Shown in pieces: positions 25,557-37,928 of a stretch of DNA of 64,000 nucleotides. The position numbers and the translations under genes are program-made. Within the stretch, counting starts at the first letter, position 1, and each line of letters starts with the position of its first letter. This DNA is from Zootoca vivipara (Eukaryota), in contig NC_083285.1 in NCBI RefSeq assembly GCF_963506605.1, positions 69,626,001-69,690,000 of the forward strand, written 5' to 3'. Under the pieces are notes generated by a model, which was not told the origin of the DNA, searched no databases, and was given only the letters and a program-made list of their open reading frames with translations.

Positions 25557-28500
25557 TCCACCCCCCTCCCAAGCTCTCCTTCACCCCTCCCCAGGCCCCC
25601 CCCATGTGTCGGTGACGACTGGAAGCCTAAGAACTCAGTGCTCTCCGAGCCCGTTGGTGTGAATACCTCCCCCCAGTCCTGCGAGCCCCCCCCTTCCGCC
25701 TGGGCGGACGGGAATCCCAAAAAGTCCGTGGCGTCAGAGCTGGTGGGGGTAAAAACGTTCTGCCAATCTGCTCCTTCCTCAGACTGGGTGGATCTCGGTG
25801 ACACCCATACCTCATCCTCTGGTTCCTCAAACTCCGCTTCCCAGCGCCATGGTGAGCTGCTCTCCCGTGCCTCCTCCTCCTCCCCCTCCCTTTCCATGTG
25901 CCAGGGCTTGGGTCTGTGGGGAAAGAGGGCGTGAAATTCTTCCACCAAGAATTCCTCCTGTATCTGAGTGGCTGGGACCCATTCATTCTGGGACGGTGGA
26001 GCATCCTCCCATGCCATGAGGTACTCCAGTCCCCCCACCCCCCACCTTGAATCCAGGATGGCCGTGGCCTCATTGAGTTGCTCCCTGCCTTCCCTCTCCC
26101 CCCCTCCCTCGGGGGTTTGTTCGCTGTCTCGGAGCCTGCTGCTTTCCCTGTACGGCGACAGCAGCGATCTATGAAACACTGGATGCACCCTCATGTCCTC
26201 TGGCAGTGCCAGCCTGTATGCCACCGGGTTTACCTGTTGCGTGACCGTGAAGGGGCCCAGCCTTTTGGGTGCCAGCTTTTTGCACCTCCCTCTGGTGGGA
26301 AGGCCCTCCGAGGACAACCACACCTTGTCCCCCACCCTGATGACCTCCCCTTGTCGCCTGTGGCGATCTGCCCCCTTTTTGTACGCTTCCTTGGCCCTCT
26401 CCAAGTGTTCTCTGAGCTGCTGGTGCACCGTCTCCAGTTCCTCTGCCCAATCCTCAGCCTGTGGGCCCTCCTCCTCCTCCTCCTCCCTCTCCCTCTCTGG
26501 GAAAGATCTGAGGTCGCGCCCGTAATTGGCCTTAAAGGGCGACACCCCTGTGGAGACGTGCACTGCATTGTTGTAGGCAAATTCTGCTAGTGGCAAGCGA
26601 TCCACCCAGTCCGTTTGCCGCTGGCTGACGTAGCATCTCAGGTACTGCTGCAGAATGGCGTTGACCCTCTCCGCTTGTCCGTTGGTCTGCGGGTGTCTAG
26701 CCGTCGACAAGCTGACCTCCACCTGCAGGAGGTTCATGAGCCGCCGCCAGAACCTGGAAACAAATTGGCGGCCACGATCCGAAATAACCCTTAAAGGTAA
26801 TCCATGCAGTCTGAAAATGTGATCAACAAACAGTTTGGCTGTCTCTTCTGCCGAGACTGCCCTGGCACACGGTATAAAGTGACACATTTTGGACATAAGG
26901 TCCACCACCACCAACACTGCAGTCTTACCCCTGGACGAAGGCAGATCTGTGATGAAGTCCATGGACACCACTTCCCACGGCCTGTGTGGTGTGGCTAAGG
27001 GCTCCAGCAACCCTGGTGGCGCTGCTCTGACCACCTTCGCCCGCTGGCAGGTGGTACAGCCCCTTACATAGTCTCGAACATCTTCCCGCACCCCTGGCCA
27101 CCAGAAGTGTCTCATGACTAGGTGAGCGGTTTTGTCCCTTCCAAAATGCCCCGCTGTAGGGTTGTCGTGCATCTGCTTGAGGACCGTACGTCGAAGCTGG
27201 GTGGTGGGCAGGTACAGCGCACCCTTGTAGAAAAGCAGCCCTCTGCGTTCTGCAAAGTCTTTTGCCTGCTCCCTCCCCCCTCTCAGTTCTCTGAAGATGC
27301 GGTTGGCAAATTCATCCGCTGCCGTCAGAGCTGTGAGTTCTGCCTCGCTCACCACAGCTGCTCCGCAGGACCATGCCGACGGGGGGAAAATGTGCCTTGG
27401 GGCTGGTGGCGCCTCCTCCTCCATGTACTCTGGCTTGCGGGAGAGGGCATCCGCCCTGACATTCTGCTCCCCCGGGATGTAGTGGATGGAGAAGTTGAAG
27501 TTCGAGAAGAACTCTGCCCACCGTATCTGCCGCTGGTTGAGCACCCTGGCAGTTCTCCAGAACTCCAGGTTCTTGTGGTCTGTGCACACCTGGATGGGGT
27601 GCTTTGCGCCCACCAGGAAGTGTCGCCAGTGCTGGAACGCAGCGTAGATCGCAAGAAGTTCCCTATCAAACACTGTGTAGTTGCGTTCAGGCTGTGTCAG
27701 CTTCCTGGAGAAGAAGGCACAGGGTCTCCACTCCCTGTTGGCGTCCAGTTGCAACAAAATTGCGCCCACAGCTTTTTCAGAAGCATCTGTCTCAATGCGT
27801 AGGGGCGCGTCCTGCACCACATGGAATAGGTTTTGGTCTGAGGCGAACACTCTCTTGAGGCTTTCGAACGCTGCTTGCGCCTCTGGTGTCCACTTGAACT
27901 TCTGCTTGCCTCTCAGGCAGTCCGTGATGGGAGCCGTAACGCGAGAGAAGTTCTTGATGAACTTCCTGTAGAAGTTAGCGAAGCCTAGTAGGCGTTGGGC
28001 ATCTTTGCGCGTCCTGGGGCTGTGCCAGTCCAGGATGGCCTGCACCTTGTCCTTGTCCATCGCCAGCCCCTTGTCTGACAGCTTGTAGCCCAGGAAGTCC
28101 ACCTCTTTGGTGTGAAACTTGCACTTCTCCAGCTTCACATACAGGTGGTTCTCCTTCAGGCGTTGCAACACCTCTCTGACATCTTTCACATGCTGCACTG
28201 GGTCATTCGAGTAGATAAGGATGTCATCTAGGAAGACCAAGCATTTCCTGAAGAGGAGGGACCCCAGGACGTGGTGCATGAAGGCCTGGAAGCATGCTGA
28301 GCCCCCTTGCAAACCGAAGGGCATCACCAGATATTCAAAAGAGCCCAGAGGCGTGAACATCGTGGTTTTCCATTCATCTCCTTCCCGGATCCTGATCAAG
28401 TTGTACGCCCCCCTTAGGTCCAGCTTGGTGAAAATCTTGCCCCTGCGTGCCGCTGTCAGGAGATCATCCACTCTGGGCATGGGGAAAGCCACTGGCTCTG

Positions 28501-29380
28501 TCACCGAATTCAGCCGTCTAAAGTCCACCACAAGACGGCGCTGTTGCGTGTCTTTCTTGTCCACCCAGAAGACCGGGCTGCCCCCTGCTGCCTTGCTTTC
28601 CCTTATGAACCCCCGCTTGAGGTTCTTGTCGATGAAAGCGCGCAGATCCTCCAGCTCCTGGTCTGACATGGCGTACAGCTTGGCTGGGGGTATCGTAGCC
28701 CCTGGCACCAGGTTGATCTGGCAGTCAAAAGGCCTGTGCGGGGGTAGGTGGTCGGACTCCGCTTCGCTGAAGACCTCCTGCAGGTCCCAGTACTGCTTGG
28801 GTATTGCCTCACCCCCTTTGATATGCATGGTGGCCACCGTGGCTATTGGAGGCCCCTCCCCTGGTTGGTGCTGCATGCAATGTTCCAGACAAAAGTCCGA
28901 CCCAAACGTGATGCACCTCTGGTGCCAACTGATGGAGGGGTCGTGGCGCGCCAGCCAGCTCATGCCCAAGACGATGGGGGGGTCTGAGATGGTGGTGACG
29001 TTGAACGCCAGTGTCTCTGAGTGCCTTCCCACCGTCATTCTCATGGGGGGGGTTTGATGTGTGATGGCCCCTCCCAGCAGCTCCCTGCCGTCAATGGTTG
29101 CCACGTGCAGAGGAAAATCCAACTGCAAAAGCTGGATTTGGTGCTCTTCTGCAAAGCTTCTCGAGAAGAAGTTGGCGGACGCCCCACTGTCAATTAAGGC
29201 AAGGACTGTCAGGGGATAGCCATTTGGGAGCGTTAGCGTCACTTCTAGAACCACTCCTGCTCTGGGAGGGGTGGGCTGGCTCTGCACCTCTCTGTGCGGG
29301 TGGGCGGGCTGGGGCTGTTGTCTGCTGACTGTGCCTGGCTGCTGCCCCTTGTCTCCTGCAGCCAGGCTTTCCCGTTTCCC
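25253..29380 (-). CDS. pol: Pol (protease, RT, RNase H, integrase, chromodomain, acidic tail), entered by -1 frameshift
   Basis: LIDSGA; FLDDILIYS; ETDAS; HDNPTAGH..CTTC; DFITDL/SDRG/ERVN; GPF; chromo-like ILDSR..EYLMAWED..NEWV. The frame is open from the slippery site. Confidence 0.95.
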   Translation of the reverse strand, partial: GKRESLAAGDKGQQPGTVSRQQPQPAHPHREVQSQPTPPRAGVVLEVTLTLPNGYPLTVLALIDSGASANFFSRSFAEEHQIQLLQLDFPLHVATIDGRELLGGAITHQTPPMRMTVGRHSETLAFNVTTISDPPIVLGMSWLARHDPSISWHQRCITFGSDFCLEHCMQHQPGEGPPIATVATMHIKGGEAIPKQYWDLQEVFSEAESDHLPPHRPFDCQINLVPGATIPPAKLYAMSDQELEDLRAFIDKNLKRGFIRESKAAGGSPVFWVDKKDTQQRRLVVDFRRLNSVTEPVAFPMPRVDDLLTAARRGKIFTKLDLRGAYNLIRIREGDEWKTTMFTPLGSFEYLVMPFGLQGGSACFQAFMHHVLGSLLFRKCLVFLDDILIYSNDPVQHVKDVREVLQRLKENHLYVKLEKCKFHTKEVDFLGYKLSDKGLAMDKDKVQAILDWHSPRTRKDAQRLLGFANFYRKFIKNFSRVTAPITDCLRGKQKFKWTPEAQAAFESLKRVFASDQNLFHVVQDAPLRIETDASEKAVGAILLQLDANREWRPCAFFSRKLTQPERNYTVFDRELLAIYAAFQHWRHFLVGAKHPIQVCTDHKNLEFWRTARVLNQRQIRWAEFFSNFNFSIHYIPGEQNVRADALSRKPEYMEEEAPPAPRHIFPPSAWSCGAAVVSEAELTALTAADEFANRIFRELRGGREQAKDFAERRGLLFYKGALYLPTTQLRRTVLKQMHDNPTAGHFGRDKTAHLVMRHFWWPGVREDVRDYVRGCTTCQRAKVVRAAPPGLLEPLATPHRPWEVVSMDFITDLPSSRGKTAVLVVVDLMSKMCHFIPCARAVSAEETAKLFVDHIFRLHGLPLRVISDRGRQFVSRFWRRLMNLLQVEVSLSTARHPQTNGQAERVNAILQQYLRCYVSQRQTDWVDRLPLAEFAYNNAVHVSTGVSPFKANYGRDLRSFPEREREEEEEEGPQAEDWAEELETVHQQLREHLERAKEAYKKGADRHRRQGEVIRVGDKVWLSSEGLPTRGRCKKLAPKRLGPFTVTQQVNPVAYRLALPEDMRVHPVFHRSLLSPYRESSRLRDSEQTPEGGGEREGREQLNEATAILDSRWGVGGLEYLMAWEDAPPSQNEWVPATQIQEEFLVEEFHALFPHRPKPWHMEREGEEEEARESSSPWRWEAEFEEPEDEVWVSPRSTQSEEGADWQNVFTPTSSDATDFLGFPSAQAEGGGSQDWGEVFTPTGSESTEFLGFQSSPTHGGGLGRGEGELGRGVDVRDRGYREVPPLLSSSPSPSKGESRESSDSSGEAGSRVRGSGKVEEPGSQVGQEGASKGGRPIPPTPELRRKRRGKRMGLPKLLCWRKTRQKPLGGSETD

Positions 29381-30471
29381 TGCTGTGGTGCTGCGTCAGT
29401 GGGGGAGGGCACCACCGTTCCCGCCTTTCCTTGCCACTCCCTGCGATGTGGGCAGTCTCTGACGAGATGCTGGGGTGAGTTGCAGAGAAAGCAATTCCCG
29501 CCCCTTCCCTCCTTGCGTCTTGGCGCCGCTGGGGTTTGAAAAGCCCGCGCGCGCGCGCTATCAATCTGCAAGGGCTCCTGGTCCTGGCTGGCTCCAGGCG
29601 TGGCTTGAAAGGGTTGTTGAGGGAGTGGCTTCTCCTGCGACCGTGGGAACCAAGCCCGCTTTGCGCGCGTCGCTTGCTTGTCGTTCCACCGGGATTCCTG
29701 CCTCACCCCCACCGCCAGAGCTGCTTTGCTCAGCTGATCCATAGTACTGGGCTTTGGACCTCTCGAGAGTTCATCCTTCACCTCCTCGCTCAAACCCAAG
29801 TAAAACGCAGCTTGCATGGGAGGCGAATCCAAAACCCACCCCAGTCTGTGCACCAGCATGGTGAATTTCGCCCAATATGCGCGAACTGTCATATTTCCTT
29901 GGCGTAAATTATGCAGTTCCTCCTTAGTCTGGTCCAAATGACTATCGGACGAATACATCGTCCTCAAACCTTCTAGAAATTGTTGGACATTTTTCATGCA
30001 AGGATTCTTGGTTGCGATTAATGGTCTTAGCCACTCCCTGGCTGCTCCGGTGAGATGTTCCACAATAAACGCTACTCTGTGCTCATCATCGGGGAACTCA
30101 TTCTGGTGCAGCTCAAGAGCATACACGATCTCAGTCTCAAAGCCCTGAAACTCCTTCGGGTCTCCATTGAACTTGCTTACAAGGGTCCCTGCTCTCCTTC
30201 CTGGCAGCACTTGGACTTGGGGAGCCCCTCCCGCCTTGTTTTTCTCTGCATCCAGCTTGTTTTGGAGGTCTACCGCCACCGCCCTTAAATGCTGCTCTTT
30301 TTCCTGGAGCTCTCTCACCTGTTCCGCAAGTTGTAGCCGGTCGTCCTGGACCTTCTTAGTCTCCTCTTTAGCTGCCTTCAATTCTCCCTGCGCCTGCAGC
30401 GACAGCTGTTGCAGTTCTAGCTGGGCTTGCTCAGCGATCTGCCGCCACTTCTCCGCCTCGGACACGCTCAT
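29245..30471 (-). CDS. gag: Gag (PEG10/sushi-like): coiled coil, capsid and CCHC zinc knuckle
   Basis: First ATG at 30471 (MSVSEAEKW). Motifs KFNGDPKEFQGF, EPLQID and CFLCNSPQHLVRDC. Confidence 0.93.
   Translation of the reverse strand: MSVSEAEKWRQIAEQAQLELQQLSLQAQGELKAAKEETKKVQDDRLQLAEQVRELQEKEQHLRAVAVDLQNKLDAEKNKAGGAPQVQVLPGRRAGTLVSKFNGDPKEFQGFETEIVYALELHQNEFPDDEHRVAFIVEHLTGAAREWLRPLIATKNPCMKNVQQFLEGLRTMYSSDSHLDQTKEELHNLRQGNMTVRAYWAKFTMLVHRLGWVLDSPPMQAAFYLGLSEEVKDELSRGPKPSTMDQLSKAALAVGVRQESRWNDKQATRAKRAWFPRSQEKPLPQQPFQATPGASQDQEPLQIDSARARAFQTPAAPRRKEGRGGNCFLCNSPQHLVRDCPHRREWQGKAGTVVPSPTDAAPQQGNGKAWLQETRGSSQAQSADNSPSPPTRTERCRASPPLPEQEWF
29333..29380 (-). promoter_or_regulatory. -1 programmed ribosomal frameshift signal
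   Basis: G GGA AAC (29380-29374) in the correct gag phase, a 6-nt spacer, then a 10-bp stem GCCTGGCTGC/GCAGCCAGGC. Pol is in the -1 frame. Confidence 0.88.
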
Positions 30472-30478
30472 CCCGGCA

Positions 30479-30662
30479 ACTCCGAAGTAGCCCAAAAAGG
30501 ATTAGGAGGTTGCTGTCACAGTGGCCTGAGTGGACTACTTCAGAGTAACGACGCTACGCAGCTCTGCATTTTATTCTTTTATTGGTGCTGCGTATTTACA
30601 GTGCTCAAGTCATTGCTATTTACACGGAGCGATGTTGTCAGTCGGTTTCAGAACCTCCTAAT
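30479..30662 (-). promoter_or_regulatory. Self-priming PBS and U5-leader stem
   Basis: 11-nt inverted repeat at 30501-30511 and 30652-30662. 16-bp helix between 30479-30494 and 30531-30546. No TGG-type tRNA PBS. Confidence 0.8.
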
Positions 30663-30941
30663 GGCTTTTGGCGCGTCTTTCTCCAACACAAAAGCTTTGG
30701 CAGACCCATCCTCTTGCCCCTCCTCTTCCTGCGTAATTCTGGAGTTGGAGGGATGGGTCTTCCCCCCTTGCTTGCCCCTTCCTGTCCCACCTGGGACCCT
30801 GGCTCCTCTACCTTGCCTGAGCCTCGGACACGACTTCCTGCTTCCCCACTGGAATCGGAACTCTCCCTGCTTTCCCCTTTGCTCGGGGACGGGCTTGAAC
30901 TCAGGAGGGGAGGGACTTCGCGATATCCCCTGTCCCTCACA
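30514..30941 (-). repeat. 5' LTR of the Gypsy element
   Basis: TG...CA ends. Two minus-strand AATAAA signals around 30568-30584. Confidence 0.95.
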
Positions 30942-31400
30942 GATACCTTTTGATAGAGAGGGAAAATCTGAATTGGTGGTGGGGAGTGAGGATTAGGGCT
31001 GGGCGATATATTAATAGCTCGTCCATACCGGTTTCTAGACCACATCACGATAACCTTTGAAAAACAATTGATATGGCAATAAACCACGAATCACAGTGTG
31101 TGTTTCTAGGATGTACCTGGAAGCAGCCGGCAGAAAACTTTGCTTCGTGAAGCCCCTGCACATGCCCAGTTGCTGACTTCCCTCCCAGACGACAGGAAGC
31201 GAAACACACACCTCCATTGCCCTGTGTCGTTCCAGCCTCTTTCCTCCCTTGCTCCCTTCTGCCGGTTTGTGTGCCTGACCTAGATATACTGTGGGTGTAT
31301 TTTTTTACTGCCAAAACTGGATTTTGTGCCTCACTGGGAACCCAATGAGAACTGTATGCTTTGAACCCTCAGTAAACTATAACTGAAGAAGTCCTGCTTC

Positions 31401-31473
<73 letters not shown>

Positions 31474-32090
31474 TGACCTCTGCATGGGAATTGCTCTGCA
31501 CGTGGCCCCTTCCCCGCTGATACTTAAATCATGCCCTGGAGTTGCTGTACTCAAGCATGCAAGATGTGTGTGTGTGTGTGTGTGTGTGACTGGTTTTTCC
31601 ACCAAACTCTGTCCCCCCTCCCCCCACCACATGATCTCCAAACACTGCTTCTTCACTAGAACTTATCCCTGCCTCCTACATATTCTGAAGAAAACTTTAA
31701 ATTCTGTAATTTAATGGGAGATTCCCCGCCCCTAAGCCTAATTGCAAGAGGGGGAAGGAGGGGCTGCAGGTACCAGGGAAGTCTCCGGGGGGGGGGGGTC
31801 CATCTTCACTCATGAACCCCATGGGGCAGCCCCAGAGCTGCTGCTTATTCTGGGGTTTGGGGGTGATAGTACTTTCCCATTGTCCCAGAGGTTTTTATTC
31901 TTCCAGCTAGAGGACCACAGTGCATATTGTTATTGTACTGATTTTATTGTTGTTGCTGCTGCTGCTGTCATTGACTGGCAGGGTGGAAGGGGGTGGGGAG
32001 GCACCAGCTGGGGAAATGACAAGGGAAGAAGGCTTGGATCCCGGGTGTTGTATGCCCCCAAAGGCTATCAAAACTCCTAACTCTAGGTCT

Positions 32091-32338
32091 AGCCAGTGTG
32101 GTGTAGTGGTTAAGAGCAGTAGACTAGACTCGTAATCTGGGGAATCAGGTTCGAGTCTCCACTCTTCCACATGCAGCTGCTTGGTGACCTTGGTCTAGTC
32201 ACACTTCTCTGAAGTCTCTCCGCCTCACTCACCTCACAGAGTGTTTGTTGTGGGAGAGGAAGGGAAAGGAGAATGTTAGCCGCTTTGAGACTCCTTCAGG
32301 TAGTGATAAAGCAGGATATCAAATCCAAAATCCAAACT
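32091..32338 (+). mobile_element. tRNA-derived SINE (paralogous copy)
   Basis: Same sequence. This is the BovB-empty site. Confidence 0.85.
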
Positions 32339-32339
32339 C

Positions 32340-32782
32340 TAGGTCTGGCCAATAAAAGGCTGATATGGGAGCGGTTGGGGGCCAGGCTGGTTCTTTCTTT
32401 TTCACCTCTCCTCTGGGAAAGTGCTCTTTCTTTTGGGCTTTGATTACTTCTGCCTCCTTCAGTGCCCACGGCACCATCAACGAGGTACAATACTTTCCTT
32501 TGAACTTCTGTAGCCATGTAGGGCTCTCTCTCAGGACCGCTACCCAGGAGTCGGCGTATGGAAACTGCTCCCAACATCCAGGGTGTTTTGTCACACTTCG
32601 AAAGATCTGGTTGGTTAGGTCCAGGTCCTACGAGCCCTGGGAGAGTGGGGCTGTTTGCAGGGAGTTCTCAGTCATTTGGGGTTCATCGCTCCACCGTAAG
32701 TATTTGCGTTTGAATTTGCCAAAATTATTCACCATGCCTTGTAATGGAATCCATTCCTCCTATGAGTGTGCCCCCCCCCCAT
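32340..32782 (-). pseudogene. Fossil ERV gag N-terminus (paralogous copy)
   Basis: As 17981-18423. Confidence 0.72.
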
Positions 32783-33149
32783 TATGCCTCCTGCTTGAGT
32801 TGTCAGTCTTCAGTGCCCACGGCACCATCAGTGAGGTACAATTCTGCCCCCCATTCCTGGTGTTAAGAGCACCAAGACCTAAAACATGGATGGAGCATTC
32901 TGAGGTCATGGCGTGGAGTGGGGGAAGGAAGGATTTTGCAATGTAACCATTGTGGGGGGGGCACTTTGCAGTTGGATTGCTGGGATCAGCCCCTCCCTCG
33001 CTCTCCTGATCCCCAGAAGGAAGAGGGGAGGGGGGAAACCTTCCTCTCCGCCCCCCACTAAATTCCTCCCCTCCCCTCCTGGAACATCCTTGTCTCACTC
33101 CGCCCCCTCAACCCCAAATCCCCTCCCCAATATGTTGCTCCTCCTCCTC

Positions 33150-33780
33150 GCCATCCGGCTTCTGTTCCGGGAATGGGGGGGGGGGAGGAGAGCCCCGTCC
33201 CAAACTGCCTGCTTCTCCCGGAAGTGGAGCTTCTACACCGGATTGCTCTTTTGCGCCGTAGCTCTAAGGGCGCGCGCTTTCGGAAAGGGGAGGAGGGGCG
33301 GCAGGGGAAACGCCCCCCCCCGTGGGAAAGAGAATCGGGAGCGAGGACGAAGAGGTAAAGGGGCCGCGGGGGGGGGGGAGAGAAAGGACCCAGAGACCCC
33401 CGCCAGCTCCGCAAAGCGCCATTCGTGGTTCCCGTCCGCATGGTGTCGATCCCTGCACGCGTGCTGCGAAGGGGGCTTTCCTTGGTCCCTTAGGCGCCTT
33501 GGCGGGGGGGGGACATGGGGCGCCCACCCAGGGGGTCCCCACGAGGACCCCCCTTGCCCCGTTTCCCCCACGCAGGGATCCCTGAGACCCTCTGGTCTCT
33601 GCATTGAGAAAGGCGGGCCAGGAAAGGGTTAACGGGAGCGGGGGACGCCTGGATAGAGACCCCCCCCTCGTCCCTTCTCTACTCGTCTTGGGGGGGGGCT
33701 CCGGATGGAGAGACAAGGGGTGCGGAGGGGAGACACAGGGAAAGAGAGCGGAGGGCGAAGAAGTGGGGGGGGGGAACATC
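33150..33780 (+). promoter_or_regulatory. CpG-island promoter (paralogous copy, 3' part deleted)
   Basis: As 18790-19425. Confidence 0.62.
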
Positions 33781-33782
33781 CC

Positions 33783-34181
33783 TTATGCATTAAGTTAACT
33801 GCAGTACTTGTTCTGGGCAACGTGGCTGCAGTTCTCACTCAGGTCCACAACATGCAAATGATAGATTGAGAGTGCTGTTCACGGATTGGGTAGCTAGGGG
33901 GAGTTTGTTACTGTTGCAAATTACTGAATACTATATAAGACAGTCGGCTAACCAGTGTTTCCCAACCTTGTGCCTCCAGCTGTTTTTGGACTACAACTCC
34001 CATCATCCCTAGCTAGCAAGACCTTGGTCAGGAATGATGGGAATTGTAGTCCGAAAACAGCTGCAGGCACAAGGTTGGGAAAAACTGGGCTAAGCTACTG
34101 TTCAGTCTGGACTCAGAGCTAGAATAAAGAGCTGGCTGTTTTGAGAGCTGTGTCTTCATCCTTCTTAGCCACTATTCAACA
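33783..34181 (+). mobile_element. Solo LTR, 5' end clipped, MITE inserted
   Basis: Paralog of 9663-9894. Confidence 0.8.
33953..34087. mobile_element. hAT-like MITE (paralogous copy)
   Basis: Same as 19598-19732. Confidence 0.85.
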
Positions 34182-35960
34182 CCAACCATTGGTCCCCCTG
34201 GAGAGGAGAGGAAATCCCAAGAGGAAGAGGGGAGGGGAAGCTTCCCGGAAGCGGCTCTTTGTTTCCACACTCCCACCCAGGAAGCAGCCAGAAGCCTTTC
34301 CCTCTCTCTCAGGCTTCCATCTTTAAGTGTCTTTTCCACTGCCTGGTTCATTGAGGATGAGGATAATGTACACCTGTCATAAGAAACAGGGGTGCAGAGT
34401 CCGTGGAAAGACTCTCAGGATTGATATAGAAGTTGCACCTCAAAAGCATTTCTGTTCCTCTTATTCTTTGGAGACGCAGGTCAGTATATTTGGCATCAGT
34501 TTGGCTGCAGGAGTTGCTGGACATCATCCAACGGTCTTAGAGAGGTTCTCCTCCAGAGCCTTTTCTTCTCCTGAGGATAACCCACGAGGCAGCGAAGGTT
34601 TAGGATCCGAGTTTTCCTTCTCAATGGGGTCCCTTCCCCAATTGACGAGCCCCACCTTCCCTTCACTTTCCTCTGCAACATGGACAGAATCTGCCTTCTT
34701 GACTGAGGGATTCACTATTGTTCTCATCCTCTCCATCCACCAGGGCCTGCCTTCACCTGCAGCAGAATTCCCCAACCCACCAAGGATTTGAGACCCATCA
34801 GCTATCCTCACCTGGTTTAGCCGGCCAGTTGAAGCCGTTGCTTGGATCACGGCCCCTGTTGCATACTGACACAGGTGAGCACTCAGTGCAGGGTGGGGAC
34901 CCCCCATAACCTGTCGGCCACCAAAGGTACTACTACTCCCCTAACACCCCAAGACATCCTATAATTATGATATTTAAGATGGATCAGGAATAAATTCATG
35001 TCCCCAGAAATAACACAACTTCTGGCCATTAATGAATCAATACTACATGTTCAAGGTTGAAGTTTCCCTTAAGTACAGTTATCCATTTGCCTTTAATATC
35101 AAGCTTTTTCAGTGCCAGATTAGGATAGTCCAGAAGATGGGCACGAGATCAGGCAGCACATCATTATTATAAAGAACAATGGGGGTGGGTGTTTCCGTCT
35201 GGGATCCCCATGTGCCAGTTGCTTTCCTTCGGCTTCTCCTGCTCTTTTCATGCAATGTGAGGCATGTAGACGGAGGTCCATCTCCAAGGACAGGAGCTTC
35301 CCTGAGCACCCATTCAGCTGACCCCAAGCACCAAGCCTTGTAACTACGGTTGTTCTCTGACTGACCCAGACCACAGTCCCTGGAAAAGACGTAGACCTGG
35401 GTCTCACAGAATGGTCCATATGGACCTCCTGAGGCCAATGGGACTGTGCAGGGGATTAATGAAGATCTAGAGGGGGAAACGGGGGTGAATGGAGGATTAT
35501 GATGCAGAGGATGGGAAATGTTCAAAGGAATGATGGAGAAAGAGAGGACCTGTTGATGGACAGAGAGCAGCTGCCTTTCCTGTGAGGAAAGAATAGATTT
35601 GAAAAGGCTGTATTCCCAGATCATGCTGCTTTATTAACGATGATTGAGGACTATGAAAGGTTGCTGGTGCATTACTATCATTTGATGACATTGCATCTTC
35701 ATTTCCTAAAATCTGGGAACATGGGTGGAGAATGTAGGAGACATCGCAATAAGAGAGGTTGCTAATGGTGCTTGATGTGTTCTTTTTTTCTTTGTTCTCT
35801 TCCTTGAAACCCAAACAGGACTTCTTCTCAGCCCATTCTGAGGAAAGTGATGGAGAAGAGAAGTCAGAATTTCGGGGGAGGGAGAAACTTTCATTTCACT
35901 AGAAAAAAACGTTATAATGTGTGAAAAGTGGAATATGCTTCACTGAATGAGCACACATAG

Positions 35961-37928
<1,968 letters not shown>

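Larger units (their letters stand above)
25129..30941 (-). mobile_element. Full-length Ty3/Gypsy LTR retrotransposon (chromovirus, Tf1/sushi-like), 5813 bp
   Basis: Two 428-bp TG...CA LTRs. 5-bp TSD GATAC (25124-25128 and 30942-30946). Intact gag and pol. Empty site agatacctttt in the other units. Confidence 0.97.

Noticed and set aside
25197-30996. Plus-strand ORFs within the Gypsy element, or an env gene
   Set aside because: Antisense shadows of GC-rich gag/pol. Pol runs into the LTR, leaving no room for env.
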